DNA of 64,000 bases from positions 1 to 64,000 of IMG/VR virus record IMGVR_UViG_3300046007_007028. The stretch is one strand, 5' to 3'. Shown here one piece after another: positions 17,592-27,057 of the stretch. The stretch is from a virus. The notes below the pieces were generated by a model. That model ran no database searches. It saw only the letters and a program-made list of their open reading frames with translations, and was not told where the DNA came from. Both the position numbers and the translations under genes were made by a program. The number at the start of each line of letters is the position of its first letter. Positions within the stretch are counted from its first letter, which is position 1.

Positions 17592-17699
17592 TTGTAACAC
17601 TACATACACCATTGAAAATCAATCATGTAACCATTGTTACACCTCTTATCTTGTAGTATACACTTTTTATCACGCTACCATGTCATGAACTACCTGCAT

Positions 17700-18560
17700 T
17701 TTCTCTTGGTTTTTACCCTCTTTTCGACCCATACCCCCCCCATCAAACCACCTACAAAACAAATCCATTTCAAGCCCGGTGGGGTGGCTAAACACATAGG
17801 ACAGACAGCCGGGACAGAAAAGACAGGGTTCGGGTGGCCAAAAAGACGGAGATGCAGGTTTGGGGGTTAAACAGGGAGGATGGTTGAAAACAGCAACGTT
17901 TGAGTACAGAGGCGATTGGCCGAGACTAAGGGGAAGGGTTGATCGGTGAGATTGACCGGAGAGACGATTGGCAGAGAATGCGGCAGTAAAGACGGGCCAG
18001 AAAGAGACGTTACAGGATTGGGATTAGATGCAGAGTGGATTGATAGATGGGCATGGCCGAGAAAAGAACGGGACAGATAAGACAGGGGATTATGACCGGA
18101 GAGACGATTGGTTACTCCCCCTCCACCCCGGCCTCTTCCCTCACCACAAAACCGAAACCATTTCGACCCGGTACCCTCGAAAATCCATCGCAAACCGGAC
18201 CGCAACCAGCAAGAAACCCGATTGAGACAACGCAATACGGGAAACAGAAACCAAACCTAAGCTATCCCTTCGCGTGCTTTACGTGGCGTTTGTGTTTGTT
18301 GTGCTTCGCGTTGTGGCGTTGTGGGAAACCAAGTCAGGACCGAAGCAAGGGAACCGGAACCGGAACCGAAACCGAAACCCGGAACCCGGAACCGGAACCC
18401 ATGCGGAAGATGTGTACCAGGTAAAGCATACCAATTCAGTCAGGGCAGAACATACCAATTCAGGGAAACCGGACCGAAGCAAGGGAAACCATACCAATTT
18501 AGACCAAACCCGCAGACCAATTTCGCGCAAAATCTCAGGACCGAAGACGGGAAAAGGTGC
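17700..18560. repeat. Repeat-rich non-coding strand-switch region (candidate genome terminus or origin)
   Basis: 19-bp perfect repeat at 17953/18093; gggacaga.aagacaggg at 17811/18070; (G/A)AACCG tandem 18351-18400; ggaccgaagcaagggaa at 18337/18471; cataccaatt x3. Confidence 0.75.
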
Positions 18561-18770
18561 TTGGAAAGGTCAGGATTGAGGGGGAAACGGGAAGGTTTGG
18601 AGGGGAGGAAACCCACCTTCCTTTCGCCCAATTTCACCCTCAAAACGCCTAACCTCTTCATTTTCACCCCTATTTCTTTGGTCCTTCGATTCGCGTCAAT
18701 CAACCCTCAAAACGCTTGTTTGGTCGAATGAATAGCGAATATTTGCTTTTTTTGTACTTTAAATTGCGTT

Positions 18771-18953
18771 ATGGAAAATCAAATCAAAGCAAAGAAGGGG
18801 AGAAAAAAACTTCCGGAAGGGGAGCGAAAAGTTCCGATTCGCATATACGTTTGTGAAAAAGATGTAAAAGATTTCGGCGGGGAACTCGCTGTAATGGAGC
18901 AACTTATAAATTATTTTAATTTCTTGCTAAAAAAACGCTTGGAAATTAAATAA
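18771..18953 (+). CDS. Small basic DNA-binding protein (RHH-like)
   Basis: KKGRKKLPEGERKVPIRIYV pattern. Confidence 0.6.
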   Translation: MENQIKAKKGRKKLPEGERKVPIRIYVCEKDVKDFGGELAVMEQLINYFNFLLKKRLEIK

Positions 18954-18960
18954 TTCATTC

Positions 18961-18968
18961 TACATTTG
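18961..18968 (+). promoter_or_regulatory. Bacteroidota-type -7 promoter for the early cluster
   Basis: TACATTTG matches TAnnTTTG. Confidence 0.7.
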
Positions 18969-19011
18969 TCCTAACAATTCAACGGAAGCCCACGGAACGG
19001 GCAAAATAACC

Positions 19012-19308
19012 ATGTTTACAGAACCAGCCTTATTAGTATCAGATGCACACGGTGTATTTATGATGCAATTATTGATTGACGAAAATAAGAAGTCCAATTC
19101 CTTATTTTTCCGTCAATTGTCTGAAAAATTATCTTCTGAGGACCTTGCCATTTTATTGGAAGGTCCGGATAATAAGTTTCATTTCGAGGTTTGTGACGAC
19201 GTTTGCAGCCTGACGTTTACGGAAGAGGACGGACAAGAATATTTTCTCAGTTATGAGGAAGGTGGAATTTTCGCTATTCCTTCAGGTTATGAATTTGAAA
19301 ACAACTAA
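19012..19308 (+). CDS. Early hypothetical protein (acidic)
   Basis: A-rich start; ED..ILLEGPD motif. Confidence 0.75.
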   Translation: MFTEPALLVSDAHGVFMMQLLIDENKKSNSLFFRQLSEKLSSEDLAILLEGPDNKFHFEVCDDVCSLTFTEEDGQEYFLSYEEGGIFAIPSGYEFENN

Positions 19309-19337
19309 CGCTGCCCGCGTCAAAGGCAAAAAAAAGT

Positions 19338-19616
19338 ATGTCAAAAAAAGCATTCCTTCATTTCGGCGGTTCTTTTGTCGGAACTCCCAACGGACCATTT
19401 TTCACAACGGAAACAGATTTTATTGAGGCTCCGCTTTGGTGGCACAAACAAGGCTTATCCTTTACCAAATCAGGCTATGGTTCGCGCATTCCCATGCCTT
19501 ACAAGGTCCGCATGGGAAACAGATTTCACCGTGTTTATTGCTGTATTTATGGCAATTCAGGTACCTGCTTTATTGAGCAAAAAAGAAAGCCTGTTGCAAC
19601 GGTTGATATTTATTAA
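19338..19616 (+). CDS. Early hypothetical protein
   Basis: SGYGSRIP...RVYCCIYGNSGT motif recurrent in phage early genes. Confidence 0.75.
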   Translation: MSKKAFLHFGGSFVGTPNGPFFTTETDFIEAPLWWHKQGLSFTKSGYGSRIPMPYKVRMGNRFHRVYCCIYGNSGTCFIEQKRKPVATVDIY

Positions 19617-19636
19617 AATCTTAATTCAAAAACAGT

Positions 19637-20077
19637 ATGAAAACAGTAAATGCAATCAATTCAGTTTCTGAAATTCAGGAGCTTGAAAAAATGGGAGTTG
19701 AAATAGAGTTCACTCCAGAAAATGAAGATATTTCTCCCTTTGGTCAGTTCGATGACGACGAAACGGCGCAAAAGATTTGTGACAAATACGAAAGGGGTAA
19801 TGAGGCTGCATGGTTTTGTGCAAAAGTTTCCGTAAGGTTTCGCGGTTTTGAGGGGACCAATTATTTAGGTTGCTGTTCTTACAAGTCCTTCAAAGAGTTT
19901 TGCAGCGATGAATCCGGATATTATGTTGATATGGTTAATCAGTGTATTTCCCAAGTCAATACAGAAATTCAGGCCCGCAATTATGAAACCCAAAAGGCTT
20001 GGGACATTCGCCGGGCTGTAAATTTGATTCAGTCTTACGGATATGAAATTTTCCAATCAATCAGAAAAACAGCATGA
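19637..20077 (+). CDS. Early hypothetical protein
   Basis: AWFCAKV...YLGCCSY motif. Confidence 0.75.
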   Translation: MKTVNAINSVSEIQELEKMGVEIEFTPENEDISPFGQFDDDETAQKICDKYERGNEAAWFCAKVSVRFRGFEGTNYLGCCSYKSFKEFCSDESGYYVDMVNQCISQVNTEIQARNYETQKAWDIRRAVNLIQSYGYEIFQSIRKTA

Positions 20078-20216
20078 AACCCACAACATACCAAACCATC
20101 TCAATCCCCGGCTACCTTTTCCCTGTAAGGGTTGAGGTAGTTATGGGAGCCGGATTTATTGCCTACCGTAGGGCAGGAAGGGAGATTTTTAGGGAAACCA
20201 TTAAACCATGCGACAA

Positions 20217-20450
20217 ATGAAAACAATCGACAAAATACTTTGCGAAGTATCAACAAAATATGGGGCGCCAATGGGACGCCCAAATGTAAACCCCACAACG
20301 CCGCAAGGCCACAAAACAATATTTGACTGTCGCGTAGTATTGGACCGCGGAGGTTATGACAAGGGCGGGGCATATTGGGGCATTGGCAAGGAATTGCGGG
20401 TTAGTTACACAAAGGACCTTTCGTACATAAATTTTTATCGCAGACCATGA
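20217..20450 (+). CDS. Early hypothetical protein
   Basis: YGAPMGR and GGYDKGGAYWG motifs. Confidence 0.75.
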   Translation: MKTIDKILCEVSTKYGAPMGRPNVNPTTPQGHKTIFDCRVVLDRGGYDKGGAYWGIGKELRVSYTKDLSYINFYRRP

Positions 20451-20641
20451 AAACACCTCAAATATTAGCACTCAAAAAACAAGCTCAAGAACAACGGGAA
20501 AGGCTGCCCTCATACCATCCATGGCAGAAACTAAGCGAAAGCGCGTTGATTTCTGAGCTTATGTATCTGGAAAACCAAAGGATAAAGGCCGAAAGGGAGA
20601 AAATGGAAAGCGACAAATCTCACTTTTATTTCAATGATTAA
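20447..20641 (+). CDS. Hypothetical protein
   Basis: ATGA-coupled. Confidence 0.6.
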   Translation: MKTPQILALKKQAQEQRERLPSYHPWQKLSESALISELMYLENQRIKAEREKMESDKSHFYFND

Positions 20642-20819
20642 CCCCATAAAACCCTTACCCATTGCCCGAATCCTGTTTGCCCTATCCTTTTGTTTCCTGA
20701 TTTTAAGCCTTCATTTCTTAATGATCGGGTCAAAGGTTTGGGGGTATGGATTGATTTTTCCAGCGTTTACTCACATGATCGGGGCCCTTTATTTATTCAG
20801 GAAACACAAATAAAAATCC

Positions 20820-20868
20820 CCTCCCTTGCCCCTGAAATATGGGGGCCGCGTATCGGATACGGGGGAGG
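20820..20868 (+). other. Three-way-junction structured element A
   Basis: P1 CCTCCCT/GGGGAGG, P2 GCCCCT/GGGGGC, P3 CGTA[TCGGA]TACG. Confidence 0.55.
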
Positions 20869-20955
20869 TGGGCAAAGACTTAATCCCTGAAAGGTCGATA
20901 AATGTAGAGGGGGAAAAAACCCGTCCTAAGCCCGGACGCAAAACAGGGGAATTTT

Positions 20956-21363
20956 ATGAACATAGTTGAAATGTTGGTTTCATTCGTAAACCAAAGGCCC
21001 GGATTAGATTTTGAAAATTATGGGGACATATCTGCGTACCGGAAAGAAAGCCGCGAAATAACGGCGGATAAACACGATTTCTTTGAATTGCTTTCACTTG
21101 CCCAACGCAGGATTGACAATTTCCCGGCAAAGCTGGAAACCTACCTGACAAACACCGATGGAAGGCTTCAGTATTGCACCGGACAATATTTCCCGACTGA
21201 ATATCGGCCCGCGGCAAATGGCGTCCTCAAATCGTTTATTTGGAACTCATACCGGGACGAAAAGCACCCGGACGGGACATCCGTTTATACTACGGGTCCG
21301 GAAATCCGCAAGGCTATCAAACGGAATCTTTCTACAAGGGTTGGGAAATTGTATTTTAATTGA
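20956..21363 (+). CDS. Early hypothetical protein
   Basis: QRPGLDFENYG and YCTGQYFPTEYR motifs. Confidence 0.75.
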   Translation: MNIVEMLVSFVNQRPGLDFENYGDISAYRKESREITADKHDFFELLSLAQRRIDNFPAKLETYLTNTDGRLQYCTGQYFPTEYRPAANGVLKSFIWNSYRDEKHPDGTSVYTTGPEIRKAIKRNLSTRVGKLYFN

Positions 21364-21608
21364 TTACTGAAATGGAACGCGAAATAATCAACGGAATGAA
21401 AAGAGGCATCCAATACTCGCACTATGTTGGAGGCTATTTATTAGAAATACAAAACTCGCTATTTCTTGCACTTGATCCAGAACTTTCCAAATATATGGAA
21501 GGGGAAGAGGGGAAAAATGAATATTGGGCCAAACGTGCCACCGATATGGTAACACAATTACGCGATAAAATTGCGGAATTGGATAAGCTCAACAAAATGG
21601 ATTATTAA
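21360..21608 (+). CDS. Hypothetical protein
   Basis: Fills the gap; start uncertain. Confidence 0.6.
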   Translation: MITEMEREIINGMKRGIQYSHYVGGYLLEIQNSLFLALDPELSKYMEGEEGKNEYWAKRATDMVTQLRDKIAELDKLNKMDY

Positions 21609-21621
21609 CTGATTGTAAGCC

Positions 21622-21996
21622 ATGAAAATTGATTTTTCAACTATTGCATACGTCCGGCATTCGCTTGCCGGACCTGTTTCAAACCTTCGCGGATTTGCCA
21701 AAGACGTAAACGACTATCTAAGCGAAACGCACCCCGCAATTTTGGCGGAGAAAACAAATCCCAAAGGGCTTTTTACTATCGGGCACAAATTAGAGTGTTT
21801 GGTACGCGATGCGGACAATATAATAAGCGAAATCGACCGCATTCGCGATGCGGCAACGCCGGAGGCTTATGAAATAATCCGCGCCCTTGTGGATGAACTG
21901 AACAGGCAAATAGAGAACACCCCGACGGCAAGAGAACGAACGGCCCCGGCAATTTTAGACAAAGCAGAATCTTTTTTAACCAACTGGAATCCATGA
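21622..21996 (+). CDS. Hypothetical protein
   Basis: 124 aa; stop coupled to the next start. Confidence 0.7.
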   Translation: MKIDFSTIAYVRHSLAGPVSNLRGFAKDVNDYLSETHPAILAEKTNPKGLFTIGHKLECLVRDADNIISEIDRIRDAATPEAYEIIRALVDELNRQIENTPTARERTAPAILDKAESFLTNWNP

Positions 21997-22214
21997 CAAT
22001 CTATCAAATTAAGCACGCAACCCGGCATACAGCACCGGAATATTTTACCCGTAGAACCATGCGTTTTTTCGGGCAAACATTAAAGGATTTTTCAGTCCGA
22101 AAACAGGCTGATGGACGTTTTAGAATTGCGGCCCCTATGCGAAACTTTGAAGGCAAGAAAATAGGGGTTAGTGTTCGGTTTTTTAATCCTGAGAACAACA
22201 AATTAGAGGCATAA
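21993..22214 (+). CDS. Early hypothetical protein
   Basis: YFTRRTMRFFGQTLKDF motif. Confidence 0.7.
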   Translation: MTIYQIKHATRHTAPEYFTRRTMRFFGQTLKDFSVRKQADGRFRIAAPMRNFEGKKIGVSVRFFNPENNKLEA

Positions 22215-22220
22215 AAACAT

Positions 22221-22264
22221 CCCCTGCCTGCCTTTCGGGGGCTGCGGTCGAACCGGGGCAGGGG
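22221..22264 (+). other. Three-way-junction structured element B
   Basis: P1 CCCCTGCCT/GGGCAGGGG, P2 GCCT-TTCG-GGGGC, P3 CGG[TCGAA]CCG. Confidence 0.6.
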
Positions 22265-22291
22265 AACCAATTTTTAAAACAAACAAACAGT

Positions 22292-22909
22292 ATGCAGACA
22301 AAACAATTTAATGGGCTTATTCAAATTGTAACAGGTCGGGACCTGACAATTAAAACCAATGATTTGGAATTGGAATTTGAAAAAGAATATTATGTTTTCA
22401 GGAAGCTACCCATAACAGGGAGAACGGTTTCTTTTTACTGGAAAACGCCCAAATCCGACGAAAAAATGCTACGGTCTTTTATTACGGCTTTTTGTTCCAA
22501 ATACCGGGAACCGAACCCTGCAAAATATGGCCCTTGCAGCATTTACACCGAGGCAAAAACATGGGACCAAAAAACAGAAGAAGAAAGGGAGCATTGCTAT
22601 ATGCACCACAGTACCAATATGTACTCCAAAGAAAGACTATTGGAACAAGTGCAAGCCAATTTCAATAGCCCCGAAATTACAGACGGGCTTATTAAGTACG
22701 GGTTCTACCCGACCGAATACGGGGTAGGTATTTTTGTAGTCTTTGAAACCGACTATGTAAAAAGGGCGGTCAATGCAATGTATAATTTTCTCAAAAAGAA
22801 AGGCATACCATTTTCAAACGAATACTCCGACGCCCGGTGGGTATTCAGGTTTAAACTCAACCTTACAAAACAAGTGCATCAAAACCTTTTAACGGGCTTT
22901 GTAGCTTAA
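22292..22909 (+). CDS. Hypothetical protein
   Basis: 205 aa ORF with A-rich start. Confidence 0.75.
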   Translation: MQTKQFNGLIQIVTGRDLTIKTNDLELEFEKEYYVFRKLPITGRTVSFYWKTPKSDEKMLRSFITAFCSKYREPNPAKYGPCSIYTEAKTWDQKTEEEREHCYMHHSTNMYSKERLLEQVQANFNSPEITDGLIKYGFYPTEYGVGIFVVFETDYVKRAVNAMYNFLKKKGIPFSNEYSDARWVFRFKLNLTKQVHQNLLTGFVA

Positions 22910-23003
22910 TCCACCCTTCCCGCATTGCCTGAAATGATACACGGCAATAGCAACCCTTTAAACATCGGAACAGGGGCGGGAACCAAACCAAAATGCGGCC
23001 ACC

Positions 23004-23228
23004 GTGTCAGAGTGGCAAGGGAAAATGACACAAAAGGAAAAACAAAGATGCCGGGATCAATTCGACCAAGTGAACGACTTTTACCGGATTAACCACAGGG
23101 AGCCACGTTTAGACGGGCCGCCCATTGAAAAGATGTTGTATTTCAGACTTGAGGCATTCCGGAAAAATCCGGCATTTGCGCAAGCCGCAAGCGATGAATT
23201 TCAGCTATTGATTGACGTAAACAAGTAA
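23004..23228 (+). CDS. Hypothetical protein
   Basis: Fits the gap; start uncertain. Confidence 0.55.
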   Translation: MSEWQGKMTQKEKQRCRDQFDQVNDFYRINHREPRLDGPPIEKMLYFRLEAFRKNPAFAQAASDEFQLLIDVNK

Positions 23229-23232
23229 CAAA

Positions 23233-23460
23233 ATGCAAACCTTATCCACCCGCTTTGCCACCCTGGCCGCAGCGCAGCAAATGGGATACTTTCCCAATTT
23301 CGACACACAATTTTTTGATTCCTTCAAAAAGGTTCCGAAAAAATACGTTCGGACCACATCCGAACAAACAGCCTTGAAAATGGCCGACCGCCTTGGCAAA
23401 CCAACGGCGGCAAAGAAAGAGGGGCAGAATATTTTTATCATTTGGACAAAAAACAATTAA
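23233..23460 (+). CDS. Hypothetical protein
   Basis: A-rich start. Confidence 0.65.
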   Translation: MQTLSTRFATLAAAQQMGYFPNFDTQFFDSFKKVPKKYVRTTSEQTALKMADRLGKPTAAKKEGQNIFIIWTKNN

Positions 23461-23464
23461 AACC

Positions 23465-23926
23465 ATGCACGCCAAAAAATATTTCATCCGCGAAAAACCC
23501 GTAGCAATCCTGCCGGCCTTCAGCGGAAAATGGGGCACGTATGCCAAAGTAGAGCGGGGCCTGAATTTGAGTGAGAAAAAGCTGGAAGAAAGGGGGTATG
23601 TCCTCAAATACCTGACCCCGGAGGAAGCGCAAGGCTACTATCAGAGGGTGAACGCTGAACTCCACGAACAACGGGCCATGGAATTATTGGACAGGGCCGA
23701 ACAAGTGGCCTTGTGTTTGACCTGCCCGCCTGTGCCAATATTTGATGGGATTGCCAAATTGAAAGGCGAACCCATGCGGGATGCTTACCATGGATGTGGT
23801 AAGGGGACGGCCTACATACAGGATGGTTTTGTGGTGGCCTTTCATTACGGATATGCAAGGCCGGAGAATGCACCGGGGGAAGGGTGTAAGGTGATGTTAT
23901 CAGGGAATGAGATTGTTTTTGTATGA
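23465..23926 (+). CDS. Hypothetical protein
   Basis: ATG 23465 just after the previous stop. Confidence 0.65.
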   Translation: MHAKKYFIREKPVAILPAFSGKWGTYAKVERGLNLSEKKLEERGYVLKYLTPEEAQGYYQRVNAELHEQRAMELLDRAEQVALCLTCPPVPIFDGIAKLKGEPMRDAYHGCGKGTAYIQDGFVVAFHYGYARPENAPGEGCKVMLSGNEIVFV

Positions 23927-24207
23927 GAACGACAATACACGACAACGGGCAGGAATTTACCTTCCCCAATGGCTTTGAAAGCTGGCACGAAACGCATTAC
24001 CAAATTTCCGCAGCAATACATTCCAGACAACAAAGCCACCCTATTTCCGGCCTTGTGCATGATACGCAAAAAGGGATGGGACTTGCCGGACTTCCGGCCC
24101 TTGCCGTCCATTTAACAAATGAATTTGAGCAAGCGAATGAGGGGCGTGAATGGGACGGGGAATATTTTGAAGCAATCGAAACTTTTGTTGACTCTAAAAA
24201 CTTATGA
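23923..24207 (+). CDS. Hypothetical protein
   Basis: FPNGFESWHETHY motif; coupled. Confidence 0.7.
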   Translation: MRTTIHDNGQEFTFPNGFESWHETHYQISAAIHSRQQSHPISGLVHDTQKGMGLAGLPALAVHLTNEFEQANEGREWDGEYFEAIETFVDSKNL

Positions 24208-24500
24208 AAACAAATTTCACACCGGGACCTTGGATTTATCAACAAGGCCACTCCCCAGCATTTCAGGGCCATGTTTGGTCTGAAGAAACGGGTAAATACA
24301 TAGCCGTAACGCATGAAGACGAAGGCGGACACAACGCCGCCTTAATCGCCGCCGCCCCTGTTATGTACGAACAGCTTGTAAAAGCCCTTGAATGGCTGGA
24401 CGCCCTCGAATCGGGGGTAAGTATGCCTGAGATGCGACGGGCCTCAATACAGGCATTTTTGCAAGAAATACGGGGGACCTTAAACAAGGTTGGATCATGA
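24204..24500 (+). CDS. Hypothetical phage protein (TPGPW...NAALIAAAP family)
   Basis: Motif recurrent in phage accessory genes. Confidence 0.75.
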   Translation: MKTNFTPGPWIYQQGHSPAFQGHVWSEETGKYIAVTHEDEGGHNAALIAAAPVMYEQLVKALEWLDALESGVSMPEMRRASIQAFLQEIRGTLNKVGS

Positions 24501-24742
24501 GAATCACCCTAACCATCCAAACCTGCGACCGTCCCCGCTTTGATGCGGCGGTAAAGGTGGCATTGAAGGGCTCCAGTCCTTTGATTGATTGGGGCAAGCC
24601 TTTGGGCAACGCTTCTGGATTTGCTCCGGTGCATATTGTGTGTGATGGGTACACGGAGGGGGAATTGGGTTTTAAAATTGGGCAGGAGTATGGCAAACAT
24701 TTTTTCAAATTCAAACAAATAAAACAATGGGATACAATTTAG
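24497..24742 (+). CDS. Hypothetical protein
   Basis: Coupled. Confidence 0.6.
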   Translation: MRITLTIQTCDRPRFDAAVKVALKGSSPLIDWGKPLGNASGFAPVHIVCDGYTEGELGFKIGQEYGKHFFKFKQIKQWDTI

Positions 24743-25203
24743 CAATCGGTCAACTAAAGACCACAATCGAATCAGAAGGACTCCATACAAGAATTGTTAA
24801 TGATGTCGAGCCGATGCGATTAGACGAAGCACCTGCGTACGGAGAACCTACCGATGGGACCAACCAAAGATGGCCGTCATATACCGTATGGCGCAACGCA
24901 ATGGATTTTATCGGTCTTTCTGATCTTATGTACAACAATGAACACGGTCTTTTAAGGAGTCATCCCGGATGCTTTCCATTAACAAAAGCACACAAAAAAG
25001 CGATTGACGAAGCACGCAAAAATTTTTACAAGAAATATCCAAACTGCAAGCCCGGATACGAACCCGGAAAGGATATTTTCTTAACCGATCCGGACCCAAG
25101 TTGGCCGATTCAAAACAGTTATGCCACACGATTAGAATGGCTTAAATTCTGGGTTGATTGGGCCTTAAAAAATTGCTCACAGCCTGTTTTTTATAATTCG
25201 TAG
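24727..25203 (+). CDS. Hypothetical protein
   Basis: 158 aa; RLEWLKFWVDWAL motif. Confidence 0.7.
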   Translation: MGYNLAIGQLKTTIESEGLHTRIVNDVEPMRLDEAPAYGEPTDGTNQRWPSYTVWRNAMDFIGLSDLMYNNEHGLLRSHPGCFPLTKAHKKAIDEARKNFYKKYPNCKPGYEPGKDIFLTDPDPSWPIQNSYATRLEWLKFWVDWALKNCSQPVFYNS

Positions 25204-25208
25204 CATTT

Positions 25209-25391
25209 ATGACCACCACCCTCCTTCCACCTCGCACCCTCCGCCAACTAATGGCCGGGGATTTGCTCGCACAACCTGATTATCTGAATACCTTGCACCT
25301 CATCCAGATCATTTTGGACAAGAAAAACACGGATTCCGTCGTAAAATGGACGGCAGCCAAGATATTGGGGGATAGATTGCAGGAGAATTAA
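25209..25391 (+). CDS. Hypothetical protein
   Basis: Fits the gap. Confidence 0.55.
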   Translation: MTTTLLPPRTLRQLMAGDLLAQPDYLNTLHLIQIILDKKNTDSVVKWTAAKILGDRLQEN

Positions 25392-25392
25392 C

Positions 25393-25683
25393 ATGGATAT
25401 GGGTATGAAATCATCTTACATGGGCACGGCAATGTTTATGGCTTTGTTGGCCACTCAGGACAATTTTGGCAGCCTACCAGAAATTGACGACCACGAATCC
25501 GACGAGGACCGAATAGAACGGCTGGAAAGGGACGCTCGGCATAAGAAACGGATACTTGCCCAACAAGAGGCCGACCGCAACAAAGCCAAAGGGCTGCGCC
25601 AATTCTTCTACGGGCCAAATAGCCTTTGGGCCCTGAATCAAAAGTCGGCAGACAAAAAGGCAAAAAGGAATAACTGGATTTAA
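25393..25683 (+). CDS. Hypothetical protein
   Basis: WALNQKSADKKA motif. Confidence 0.65.
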   Translation: MDMGMKSSYMGTAMFMALLATQDNFGSLPEIDDHESDEDRIERLERDARHKKRILAQQEADRNKAKGLRQFFYGPNSLWALNQKSADKKAKRNNWI

Positions 25684-25698
25684 TCAACAAAAACAAAA

Positions 25699-26085
25699 AT
25701 GAAAACAGTAAAACAATGGCTTGAGCAGCTTCCGGACGGATACCGGGAGAGGGCGTTGGAGAATTTGGTCCAAGACGGGAGGGAGAAAAACTCTGTCGGG
25801 CTTATATATTTGGCAATCCACAGGGCTTTTACATGGCAGGAAACAAAAGAGGGTTTTAGTTTTTGGGCCGCGGTGTACTCCCACTATGCAGCCAAAAGCG
25901 TGCCTCTCCCGCAACTTGCCCCACTCCCACCGCCACCATCAAAACCCCTCCCCTACCGCCTTATCCTTGCCATGTTGGGGGTACTGGTTGCGGCTGCCGG
26001 CTTCTTTATGGACCTCCAGTATTTCGTCGGCTTCGGGACCGCCATCGTATCATTTGCCATATTTTTTAAAATTGAGAAAGCATGA
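25699..26085 (+). CDS. Hypothetical membrane protein
   Basis: KTVKQWLEQLPDGYRERAL domain, Pro linker, two C-terminal TM segments. Confidence 0.7.
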   Translation: MKTVKQWLEQLPDGYRERALENLVQDGREKNSVGLIYLAIHRAFTWQETKEGFSFWAAVYSHYAAKSVPLPQLAPLPPPPSKPLPYRLILAMLGVLVAAAGFFMDLQYFVGFGTAIVSFAIFFKIEKA

Positions 26086-26276
26086 AAACCCCTAAAGAAA
26101 TCAAACCTCACCCCGTAGCCATCGGGCTGTTTTTTGTGGCGGTGGCCCTTTTGATTGGTGGCTGGATTGCGGCCATATACACACCCCTTGAATCCAGATT
26201 GCCACACGCTTTGTCATATACCGGGATTGCGGTCATGGGCCTATGTCTACTCATTTTAATCTTTCAGAAATCATGA
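26082..26276 (+). CDS. Small two-TM membrane protein
   Basis: Two hydrophobic segments; coupled. Confidence 0.65.
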   Translation: MKTPKEIKPHPVAIGLFFVAVALLIGGWIAAIYTPLESRLPHALSYTGIAVMGLCLLILIFQKS

Positions 26277-26590
26277 TGCCACACCATATCATAACGGCCT
26301 GCCACGTGCTGGCTCAAACGGGGGTAAGATCCCGGCTTTTAATTCACTCCTTCCAGAAGGAGGTGATTGTTGAGATGCTCGATGCCTTTGGTGGGACGCT
26401 GGAGGTGACGGCCTACGGGCTCAAGTATTCGCAAGATGTCAAAGACATGGTGCAGGTAGAGGCGTTTGTCCCCATGTCAGAGGTCAAACAAAACGAACAG
26501 ATTGCCGCATGGGGTTGTTCCTTGAATTTTTACAGCCCGATGCAAGAGGGGCCGAAACCAGAATGGAGGGATGGGATATTGATATTATGA
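26273..26590 (+). CDS. Hypothetical protein
   Basis: Coupled. Confidence 0.6.
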   Translation: MMPHHIITACHVLAQTGVRSRLLIHSFQKEVIVEMLDAFGGTLEVTAYGLKYSQDVKDMVQVEAFVPMSEVKQNEQIAAWGCSLNFYSPMQEGPKPEWRDGILIL

Positions 26591-26698
26591 AACGAGAACT
26601 GCTTGAAAAATTCAAAGGATGGGCTTGTATAGCCCTTCTTTTTGCCTTTTCGATTTACGTCTGGGCACAGTTGATAGCGACTTTAATTTTGAAATAAA

Positions 26699-26947
26699 AT
26701 GTTTGACAACGACACCCCACCAACCTACCCTGTCACCGTCCAGGACTACATTGATAACAATTATCAAAAGCCTTGGTCTGATGTTTTAAGCTGGTTTTTG
26801 ACAAGCTATTTGGAAGAGGAATGCGAAACCAAAACAGACCTGCTGATTTATTTGGGATATGCAGATGCCCCGGAATCATTGATTGATATGGTTCGGAATG
26901 ATACGTTCCCGGAGCAACTAACCGAAGAATACGAGGGGTTGGTCTAA
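26699..26947 (+). CDS. Acidic hypothetical protein
   Basis: 82 aa, D/E-rich. Confidence 0.65.
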   Translation: MFDNDTPPTYPVTVQDYIDNNYQKPWSDVLSWFLTSYLEEECETKTDLLIYLGYADAPESLIDMVRNDTFPEQLTEEYEGLV

Positions 26948-27057
26948 GATTTTTATTCACCCGACAAAACATCATTTACTTTGAAAAGTACAATCAAACA
27001 AGCGTTGCGGCTGCTTATCCTTGCCGCTATCATTTACATCTCATTTTTTTAAAACCT

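Noticed and set aside
18337-18560. Repeats resembling a CRISPR array
   Set aside because: Repeats are short, irregularly spaced and lack unique constant-length spacers; no cas genes.
17867-18731. ORFs in the switch region (e.g. EPEPKP/RNRN repeats)
   Set aside because: Products of the tandem DNA repeats; no coherent start context.
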